DNA of 64,000 nucleotides. It comes from Haloferula sp. Its GTDB lineage: Bacteria > Verrucomicrobiota > Verrucomicrobiia > Verrucomicrobiales > Akkermansiaceae. Below are positions 18,046-27,588 of the stretch, piece by piece. The stretch covers positions 18,039-82,038 of the forward strand of contig JBBCJF010000024.1 of NCBI GenBank assembly GCA_037190465.1, in the 5' to 3' direction. Each line of letters starts with the position of its first letter. Within the stretch, counting starts at the first letter, position 1. The notes under the pieces were generated by a model. It searched no databases. It was not told the origin of the DNA and saw only the letters and a program-made list of their open reading frames with translations. The position numbers were made by a program, and so were the translations under genes.

Positions 18046-18921
18046 TTATTTCAAATTTTTCCCCTCCAGCGCCCTTTTCGCCGCCCCAATCTCCCCATCC
18101 GGCACGAAACCGCCTGCCGTCAGCACGATCCTCCGGAAGCCTGCCGCCTGCGCCAGTTCGGGCGAACCGCCCGATTCCGCCGCCACCACCGGCAAACCCA
18201 GCCGCCGGGACGTCTCGACGAGGGCCGCGGCCGGGGCATCCTGCGCCTCGCCGAGCACCACGACAAGATCCGCCCGGCGGCTGAGCGCCTCCAGCGACCG
18301 CTCCCGCTCCAACGTCTCAGGGGAGCCCGTCTCCAGAAAAGTCACCCGGCTGTCCCGGTGCCGCTGCCTCAGCGCCTCCGCCACCAGCCGCGCCCGCCGC
18401 GGCGGATAATCCGGCGGCGCCACCACCCCGAAGCGCGGCGAAAAGGCCAGCCGCGCCGCATCGTCCGCATTCTCCGCCAGCGCCGCCGCAGGGAAATCCC
18501 CCGCCAGAGCGAGCACTCCGGCCGATCCCTTCATCCCCGCCACCACCGGCCGGCAGCCCTCCGCCGCCAGCAATGCCAGCGCCGTCTGCGCCCGCCGCAG
18601 CGAGGGCAGCGACAAGTCGATCAATTCGTGCCCCGCCTCCTGCCAGCGTTTTTTCCAGGAACGCGGCAGACCCGCCGGCGGCACCACCACTCCGCTCGTG
18701 CCGGCCCGATAAGCGTCCGCCTCCACCTCCCGCAGCCCCAACTCCCGGAAATGCCCGCACAGCGCCTCGTTCGGCCCCAGCCGCCCAGCCACCGTCAATG
18801 CCCCGCGGACCAGCCGCTTCTCCAACTGCTCCAGCACTGATCTCAATTCCACTCCCATCCCTGCTGCTCCGGCCAACTCCACGACGGCCGGGGAGGAACT
18901 CACGATTGCTTCCGCGATCAT
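18046..18921 (-). CDS. IspH/LytB-like protein lacking the [4Fe-4S] cysteine ligands (probable pseudoenzyme)
   Basis: It is colinear with E. coli IspH as recalled from memory: GVVVPPAGLPRSW..HELIDLSLPSLRRAQ aligns with ILIFSAHGVSQAV..LTVFDATCPLVTKVH. ADLVVVLGEAQDAPAAALVE aligns with [20 protein letters not shown], and IVLTAGGFVPDGE aligns with VGVTAGASAPDIL. The start is the ATG at 18921, because the ORF-track start at 18936 is TTG. Confidence 0.55.
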   Translation of the reverse strand: MIAEAIVSSSPAVVELAGAAGMGVELRSVLEQLEKRLVRGALTVAGRLGPNEALCGHFRELGLREVEADAYRAGTSGVVVPPAGLPRSWKKRWQEAGHELIDLSLPSLRRAQTALALLAAEGCRPVVAGMKGSAGVLALAGDFPAAALAENADDAARLAFSPRFGVVAPPDYPPRRARLVAEALRQRHRDSRVTFLETGSPETLERERSLEALSRRADLVVVLGEAQDAPAAALVETSRRLGLPVVAAESGGSPELAQAAGFRRIVLTAGGFVPDGEIGAAKRALEGKNLK

Positions 18922-18923
18922 AG

Positions 18924-18938
18924 CTTTGTAATGCAAAG
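18924..18938. promoter_or_regulatory. 15-nt palindrome CTTTGTAATGCAAAG, copy 1 (candidate operator)
   Basis: It lies 3 nt upstream of the IspH-like ATG. An identical 16-mer is at 18980-18995, and a 13/15 match is at 21127-21141. Confidence 0.35.
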
Positions 18939-18979
18939 TTAAAGGCTCAAAAAGCTCTGAAAAATCAAAACGGCACTTA

Positions 18980-18994
18980 CTTTGTAATGCAAAG
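18980..18994. promoter_or_regulatory. 15-nt palindrome CTTTGTAATGCAAAG, copy 2 (candidate operator)
   Basis: It is an exact repeat of copy 1, located 56 bp further upstream in an AT-richer stretch. Confidence 0.35.
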
Positions 18995-19024
18995 TGAAAT
19001 TGGCAAGCCGGATTTTTTCAAGTC

Positions 19025-19170
19025 GGGGAGCGCACGCATCCTGCGTGCCGTTTTCCGCATCTTGCGGAAAACCGTGTGGGAGCGTTCCCGACCATGCGGG
19101 CTTGGAAGGACGCCCCGAAGACCGTTCCGCAGGGATGCGGAACGGAGCACGCTGGAAGCGTGCGCTCCCC
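19025..19170. repeat. 146-bp double-hairpin inverted-repeat element (MITE/REPIN-like, GGGGAGCGCACGC family)
   Basis: The left arm ggggagcgcacgcatcctgcgtgccgttttccgcatcttgcgg is about 85% identical to the reverse complement of the right arm (19127-19170). Each arm holds two hairpins, GCACGCA-TCC-TGCGTGC and GTTTTCCGCA-TCT-TGCGGAAAAC. Confidence 0.75.
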
Positions 19171-19400
19171 GAAGCCGCAAAGTCACCACCCGGTCTGGAC
19201 TGGTTCAACCGGCCCCGGCCCCGGGATTTCGACCAGCGTCCCGCATGGCGCGCCGGAAGTCCTCCTCGGCGACGGTCGCGTCCTGATTCTCGACCCCTGA
19301 TCGATTCTTAGGAGCACTGGCAGCCTGCCGGCGGCCATTCCGATTCGATTCACCCGCTGCCTGATTTCAATCTTGGCACGGCGGGGCGGAGAACCATACT

Positions 19401-19522
19401 CCCGGCCAATGGGTGTTTCAGGGCGCACCCCCAAAAAAGCAAATTCCTAGCAGCCCCCCTCCCGGCCCGAGCCGGGGAAAGACATCGATGAAATGGGGAA
19501 GTTTCATAAGAGTCAGTGCAGT
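19401..19522. repeat. 122-bp direct repeat, copy 1
   Basis: cccggccaatgggtgtttcagggcgcaccccc..gacatcgatgaaatggggaagtttcataagagtcagtgcagta is about 93% identical to 20061-20182. Confidence 0.85.
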
Positions 19523-19576
19523 AATATACTCCGCCAGAACAGCCGGGAACGGTAAAGAGGCCGGATCATGGCGGGT

Positions 19577-20020
19577 TTAGAGGTAGGTGTGACGTTTCAG
19601 CAAACGGGATTTGCGGAGCTGCCAGCAGCCCGACAAAGCGACCCAAAGAATCAGGTAGATCGAAACGATCAACCAAGAGGCGAGGAAGAATCTGAAATCC
19701 CCGTGTTCGCCCCGCTTCCACGAACAAGCCTTGGGAAAGAAAGGGTTCTCTTTCCGGGACCACGACGACAGCAAACCATTCCGAATCTTCAAGCCACGCA
19801 TCTGCGGCGCTAACACATGCCCGCGGAATGAGCGTTTGTGCAGTGATATTTGACGGTTCGTCATTCCGGCGATCAATTGCGTTTCGGCCATTTCAAGCGA
19901 TAGACATTGAAAGGTATTGGGCAACAACAACCAAACCCACAGCAGGAACGCGAACCCCGGCAATCCGAGCCAGAACAGGCGAGAACGGAGCAACTGCGGC
20001 GGGTTCATGGCTCGTTTCAT
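19577..20020 (-). CDS. Hypothetical small membrane protein in a low-GC patch
   Basis: About 147 aa from the ATG (MKRAMNPPQLLRSRLFWLGLPGFAFLLWVWLL), with TM segments at both ends. GC content is visibly lower than the surroundings, and the gene is bracketed by the 122-bp direct repeats. That it is truly coding is not proven. Confidence 0.4.
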   Translation of the reverse strand: MKRAMNPPQLLRSRLFWLGLPGFAFLLWVWLLLPNTFQCLSLEMAETQLIAGMTNRQISLHKRSFRGHVLAPQMRGLKIRNGLLSSWSRKENPFFPKACSWKRGEHGDFRFFLASWLIVSIYLILWVALSGCWQLRKSRLLKRHTYL

Positions 20021-20060
20021 CTTCAGGCGTCGTTCCACGCCCCTTTCTCCCTCCCTTTCG

Positions 20061-20182
20061 CCCGGCCAACAGGTGTTTCAGACCGCACCCCCAACAAACA
20101 AATTCCTAACAGCCCCCCTCCCGGCCCGAGCCGGGGAAAGACATCGATGAAATGGAGAAGTTTCATAAGAGTCAGTGCAGTA
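20061..20182. repeat. 122-bp direct repeat, copy 2
   Basis: See copy 1 for the repeat sequence. This copy lies between the small membrane ORF and the stop of the winged-helix regulator gene. Confidence 0.85.
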
Positions 20183-20201
20183 GTCAGTCAGTCGGTTCAG
20201 T

Positions 20202-20501
20202 TTATTTCCCCAGCCTCAAAATCTGCTCCAGAATCGCCAGATACTCCTCGAAGGCCCGCCGCCCCGCCTTGGTCAGCGTATAGAGCGTCTGCGGCCGGCC
20301 GTCGCCGGTCAGCTTCTCGGACGACACATAGCCCGCCTGCTCCAGCGTGCGGAGGTGGGTGATCAGATTCCCGTCGCTCATCTCCAGCTCCGCCTTCAAA
20401 TCCTGAAAGGGCCACGGCGGCACCCGGGAAGCGAGCAGCGTCATGATTCCCAGCCGCGCCTTCTCGTGGATCGTCTTGTCGAGCTTGGAAAAATCGATCA
20501 C
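20202..20501 (-). CDS. Winged-helix transcriptional regulator (ArsR/MarR-like, HTH_34-type)
   Basis: About 99 aa: IDFSKLDKTIHEKARLGIMTLL..FQDLKAELEMSDGNLITHLRTLEQAGYV..GRPQTLYTLTKAGRRAFEEY. The GTG start at 20501 overlaps the upstream stop (GTGA). Confidence 0.8.
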   Translation of the reverse strand: MIDFSKLDKTIHEKARLGIMTLLASRVPPWPFQDLKAELEMSDGNLITHLRTLEQAGYVSSEKLTGDGRPQTLYTLTKAGRRAFEEYLAILEQILRLGK

Positions 20502-21118
20502 GGCTGCTCCCGGCGGGTGGTGGTGACGATGAGCGCTCCATAAAGCAAATGGAAGCCTCCGAACGTCGCGGCCATCACCCCCGACGGTCCCATCCGCCCC
20601 AGCAGCGGCCGGGCGGTATGGATAAAGCTCAGGGCGCAGAAACAGCCCAGCCCGGCGACCACGAAGGCGACGCCCAGCCACACCATCGACTTCGGTGCGA
20701 ACTCACGGATCGCCAGCAGCGCCAGACCGTAGTGCAAAATCCAGAACGCGGCCGCGAACAGCTCCGGCGCCGGGTACCCGTACTTCAAAAAGAACAACCC
20801 CAAAAACCCGCCAGCCACCAGCGAGGGCAATCCACCCCGCAGCGCCACCCTCAATCCATGGGAGAGAAAAGGCCGGTTGTGCGCGTGCGCCGTCCGCATG
20901 AGCTGCCACACCGCGAACACCAGCACCACCGCCAGCCCCGCCAGCCACACCCCGCCCCAGGCCATCCGGCTTTTCCCCTCCGAAAGCCAGCCCGCCGCCA
21001 CCGACATCGCGCCGCCCACCAGCGCAGCTTCCCCCGACAAAGCACGGAAAATCGTCGCCCGCTCCATCATCGTGCGGATCACCCGCAACTGCTCCGCCGC
21101 TTCCTCATGGGTTGTCAT
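20498..21118 (-). CDS. Hypothetical 5-6 TM membrane protein co-transcribed with the winged-helix regulator
   Basis: 206 aa from the ATG (MTTHEEAAEQLRVIRTMMERATIF). It is coupled to the regulator gene. The ORF-track start at 21139 is TTG and lies inside the palindrome. Confidence 0.6.
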   Translation of the reverse strand: MTTHEEAAEQLRVIRTMMERATIFRALSGEAALVGGAMSVAAGWLSEGKSRMAWGGVWLAGLAVVLVFAVWQLMRTAHAHNRPFLSHGLRVALRGGLPSLVAGGFLGLFFLKYGYPAPELFAAAFWILHYGLALLAIREFAPKSMVWLGVAFVVAGLGCFCALSFIHTARPLLGRMGPSGVMAATFGGFHLLYGALIVTTTRREQP

Positions 21119-21611
21119 GCGCCCTGCTTTGCCATGCAAAGCCAGAATCCGGCAAGACCGAATTTACCTGCCTCTCCGCCTCGTACAACACGATCGCCAC
21201 CGCCGTCGAAAGATTCAAACTCCGCGTCCCGCCGTCCTTCATCGGAATCCGGATCGCTCGCTCCCCGGCTCCCGTCACCATCCTCCCGGGCAAACCTCGC
21301 GTCTCGCAGCCGAATACCAGATGATCTCCGGGCTGAAAATCCGCCTCCCAGTGCGACCGCGCCGCCTTCGTGCTGAGGAACCAGAAACCCGCCGCCGGGT
21401 CCGCTGCGGCCTGCAGCTCGTCGAGACTCTCCCACACCCGCAGATCGACATCCTTCCAGTAATCCAGCCCCGTGCGGCGCACATGCTTGTCGTCGAGCGA
21501 AAAGCCCAGCGGCTTCACCAAATGCAGCCGCGCCCCCGTCGCCAACGCCAGACGGCCGGCGGCGCCGGCATTGTGCGGGATCTCCGGAGCGACGAGGACG
21601 ATGTGAAACAC
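21105..21611 (-). CDS. trmL: tRNA (cytidine/uridine-2'-O)-methyltransferase TrmL (SpoU/TrmH family)
   Basis: FHIVLVAPEIPHNAGAAGRLA..LHLVKPLGF..VRRTGLDYW..HLVFGCETRGLP..IRIPM..TRSLNLSTAVAIVLYEA matches the family. The start is the GTG at 21611, since 21632 is TTG. Confidence 0.85.
   Translation of the reverse strand: MFHIVLVAPEIPHNAGAAGRLALATGARLHLVKPLGFSLDDKHVRRTGLDYWKDVDLRVWESLDELQAAADPAAGFWFLSTKAARSHWEADFQPGDHLVFGCETRGLPGRMVTGAGERAIRIPMKDGGTRSLNLSTAVAIVLYEAERQVNSVLPDSGFAWQSRAHDNP
21127..21141. promoter_or_regulatory. 15-nt palindrome CTTTGCCATGCAAAG (candidate operator, copy 3)
   Basis: It has perfect 6-bp arms. It lies 9 nt upstream of the membrane-protein ATG (21118), inside the non-conserved C-terminal tail of trmL. 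Confidence 0.35.
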
Positions 21612-21673
21612 CCCCCCAGGGGAAACCCTCAACCCGCCGGGATCAAGCTGCAGTTCCCTGAAGCATGGGTTTT

Positions 21674-21767
21674 GGGATCAGGATGGATGGGACGGGTAGG
21701 ATGAAGGTATGGAAGAAACCGCATCCGGAAGCCTCGAAATATTCCATCCATCCTATCCATCCCGCTC
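21674..21767. repeat. Imperfect inverted-repeat element (GGATGGAT(A/G)GGATG family, copy B)
   Basis: gggatcaggatggatgggacgggtaggatg..attccatccatcctatccatcccgctcc. It is intergenic, between the divergent trmL and GNAT genes. Confidence 0.45.
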
Positions 21768-21880
21768 CATACAGAACCCTTGCCCCCTGTTTTCTTCGAA
21801 TGTAGGGACCCTGCAACCTTCCCTTGGCTTTTGGACGTTGCCGTTGATCGAAAGCCAAATGGCAGGGGCAAGCATCGACC

Positions 21881-22348
21881 ATGACCGCGCCATCCGCAGA
21901 AGAGCCGCTTCCTGTTCCTCCTGAGTCCCTGTCTTCCGGCGAAGTCGTGTTGAGGCTCGGCCAAATCGTGCCTGGAGATCCGTCCCGGGAATTCGTTCCG
22001 TATTTTCATTTCCGGATCTTCTCCCCCGAGGGTTCGGACGTTGGGCACATCAATTTCCGGATCGGAGATACCGAGCACATTCGCGTTTGCGCCGGCCATA
22101 TCGGGTTTGGGATTGCGGAGCCTTTTCGGGGGCGCAGCTATGCCTTGCAGGCGTGTCATGCCATTGCCCCCTTTGTCCGCTCGGTTTATGAGGCGGTGAC
22201 CATCACCTGTGACCCCGACAACTTCGCATCCAAGCGCACGATCGAGAAACTGGGAGCGGAATTTGTCGGGGAGGTCGCCGTGCCAAGCCACGATCCCCAC
22301 TATCAACGGGGATCACGCACTAAGAGACGATACAGATGGATGCCTTGA
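21881..22348 (+). CDS. GNAT family N-acetyltransferase
   Basis: 155 aa with an ATG start. The acetyl-CoA motif region is HIGFGIAEPFRGRSYALQACHAIAPF, followed by ...NFASKRTIEKLGAEFVGE. Confidence 0.7.
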   Translation: MTAPSAEEPLPVPPESLSSGEVVLRLGQIVPGDPSREFVPYFHFRIFSPEGSDVGHINFRIGDTEHIRVCAGHIGFGIAEPFRGRSYALQACHAIAPFVRSVYEAVTITCDPDNFASKRTIEKLGAEFVGEVAVPSHDPHYQRGSRTKRRYRWMP

Positions 22349-22428
22349 CCGGATCCGATAAAATCCGAAAACGGCGGAAAGCAGCCCGCTGCGTCCCGCA
22401 GTTCACTTCGAGCATTGCCGATAGCCTC

Positions 22429-22887
22429 ATGTTCCGCCGATTTCAGGAATCCGACCTCGACCCGTGCGTTGAAATTTTCGTGTCCACCTTTGCGCGACCT
22501 CCCTGGAACGAGGAGTGGAATCCCAACGTCGTGAGAGAACGCCTCGATCAGATTCTCAAAACTCCTTTCTCCTTCGGCGTCGTGGCCGGCGACACGACCA
22601 TCAACGGCTTTGCCCTCGGATTTTCGGAGCCATGGCACGAAGGCACCCATTTCTACCTGAAGGAAATGTGCATTCATCACGCTCATCAAAGGCAGGGTAT
22701 CGGAACGCAGCTCATGAGCTTTCTCGCTGCCGAACTCCGCAAGCGCGATACCAGGAGAATCTACCTTCTGACCGCCCGCGGCGATATGTCGGAAGCCTTC
22801 TATGCCAGGATCGGATTCTACACGAGCCCCAAGATGATTCTGATGGCGCGTCGATTCGAGCCGGACGAAGGAGGCGGTCTGCCCTGA
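22429..22887 (+). CDS. GNAT family N-acetyltransferase
   Basis: 152 aa from the internal ATG (MFRRFQESDLD). The motif A region is LKEMCIHHAHQRQGIGTQLMSFL, followed by ..EAFYARIGF. Confidence 0.8.
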   Translation: MFRRFQESDLDPCVEIFVSTFARPPWNEEWNPNVVRERLDQILKTPFSFGVVAGDTTINGFALGFSEPWHEGTHFYLKEMCIHHAHQRQGIGTQLMSFLAAELRKRDTRRIYLLTARGDMSEAFYARIGFYTSPKMILMARRFEPDEGGGLP

Positions 22888-23096
22888 ACCCCGCCTGCCG
22901 CAATCCATGATCACGGGAAACCGCCCGCGCCGGTGCCGGGCTGCGGCATTCATGACTTCAACGGCGTGGCGACGAGTCCCGATGACGCGCGGGTGATATA
23001 GCGCGCCCGCATCGCGGACCGGAGCCATGCCGCCCCGCGCAATCGGGGAATCCCGATGAGCATCGCCGATGTGTTCATCCACCGGACCGGCAGGCA

Positions 23097-23804
23097 TCAA
23101 CGCCGCCGCCGGAGCAAGGCAAGAGCCCCGAGACCGAACAGGGCTGCCGAGGATGGTTCGGGAATCAAGGTTGTCTGCAAGGTGATGAAGGGAATACGAG
23201 TATCCCGGACATCTCCGTTGTCCTGGATAATGCCGGCTCCCTGTGCGGCGTATGTGTGAGCGCCTCCGTTCGTTGTTCCATTGTCCGTCAGCCGCCGGGT
23301 CGAGATGTCGTTCTCCGCCGACAGGCCGAGTTGCGTTGTCCGGGCTTCCGCGGAGGTCTGGAACATGAAATACAACTGCACGCCGGAGTTTGCGGTTACC
23401 GAAATGCCGTCGAACGACCAGGTTTGCGTGCTGCCGGAAGTTGCCGCCGCCCACGCCACGCTTGCATTGGACGCTCCGAGGAATCCGGTCAAAGTTCCGC
23501 CTGCGTAGCCGGTATAAACGCCTACCCAGAGATTCTCGGGCGATGTGGCTGGACCCACGTTGTTTTTCACGAAGGAGACCGAGTCGATGGAGTAGGGTTG
23601 GCCGTCCTGTGGCGGGGCGCTTCCCCAGTTCAGATTGGCCGTGGAGTCGAGTCCGGTGCTGGAGAATAAAACGTATGCGCCGGCCGTTCTGCCGAAGTTT
23701 CCGGTTCCGGGGGGAGTGGTGGTCGTATTGTCGATGTGCAGGGTCGCCGCTCCGGCCTGGGCGGCGAATGACAAGGCGACAGCGGCAGTGAGGAAAGCGT
23801 TCAT
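23097..23804 (-). CDS. PEP-CTERM sorting domain-containing secreted protein
   Basis: It has a signal peptide (MNAFLTAAVALSFAAQAGA). The C-terminus is LIPEPSSAALFGLGALALLRRRR, that is PEP, then a TM segment, then an Arg cluster. Confidence 0.85.
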   Translation of the reverse strand: MNAFLTAAVALSFAAQAGAATLHIDNTTTTPPGTGNFGRTAGAYVLFSSTGLDSTANLNWGSAPPQDGQPYSIDSVSFVKNNVGPATSPENLWVGVYTGYAGGTLTGFLGASNASVAWAAATSGSTQTWSFDGISVTANSGVQLYFMFQTSAEARTTQLGLSAENDISTRRLTDNGTTNGGAHTYAAQGAGIIQDNGDVRDTRIPFITLQTTLIPEPSSAALFGLGALALLRRRR

Positions 23805-24152
23805 GGGTTTGGACAGGTTTTTGGGTGTTTCGAGACTCGGGATCGTTCAGATTGCAAGTCTCGCACGGTGGGCTGTTATACAAGTCGGTCCACCGGCGGC
23901 AAGAACCTTTTTCCGCCTGCAGGGAATCCGCTTCCGGGATCGGGGCGTTGAAACCGATGCGGAAAACGCCCTTCTGTCTGATACCAACGCTTTGGGGAAA
24001 GCAGTCTGGTAGCGACGACGGGCGACAGGAGTGTCGCCGCTCCTTTACACCAACCTCAGAACCTCTCTTGCGGGGAGCACATGCATCTTGCCGAACGGTC
24101 TCCCAAGGTTTGTGTCGTCTTCACCGACCGGAATCGCCACACAGACTCTACG

Positions 24153-27011
<2,859 letters not shown>

Positions 27012-27179
27012 GAATGGGAAATGACTAATGATTACGCACTAATTTGAAAAACGGAAGAATCGCGCCGGGCGCGGGGAGGGTAGGAAGCGGGGGGAAAATG
27101 TCAAAAGAGGATCGAAGGAACCCGGTATTGGCGTTTTGCGGGTTGAGCAGGGGGCGTGCCGTGGCCTAGTGTCCCGCGC

Positions 27180-27542
27180 ATGCGCAGATGGATCGGTTGT
27201 GTCGGAGCCGCGGCGTTGCTGGCAGGCTGTGCGGGGGGCGGGAGCATTTCCGCCGACGGCAACATCGAAACCGGGCCGGAACCGGCGGAGGGAGGCATTT
27301 CCGAAGTCCCGAACCCGTCTCCGGCGATGGCGACGAAAAGCGGCCGGCCTCTGGCGACCCTGCAAAAGGGTCACGAGATCTACATGCTGAAATGCGGCGA
27401 GTGCCACGTCTACATGATCCCCAAGGATCTGGACGTGGACGAGTGGGAGGACGCGATGCCAAAGATGATCCGCCATGCCGGTCTGGCCTCGGAGGATGAA
27501 AGGGCGGTGCTGACCTACGTGCTGGCGGTGAAGGGAGAGTGA
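27180..27542 (+). CDS. Small lipoprotein with a c-type heme-binding motif
   Basis: The lipobox is AALLAGC|A. There is a single CxxCH site (LKCGECHVYM). About 120 aa. Confidence 0.55.
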   Translation: MRRWIGCVGAAALLAGCAGGGSISADGNIETGPEPAEGGISEVPNPSPAMATKSGRPLATLQKGHEIYMLKCGECHVYMIPKDLDVDEWEDAMPKMIRHAGLASEDERAVLTYVLAVKGE

Positions 27543-27551
27543 TTTTTCGGA

Positions 27552-27579
27552 AGTGGGCGGGGCGCGGGCTCCGCCCACT
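27552..27579. terminator. GC-rich hairpin between convergent genes (possible bidirectional terminator)
   Basis: AGTGGGCGG-N10-CCGCCCACT forms a 9-bp stem. It lies 10 nt after the + gene's stop and 10 nt after the - gene's stop. There is no clear U tract. Confidence 0.3.
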
Positions 27580-27588
27580 CCCCGCGAT

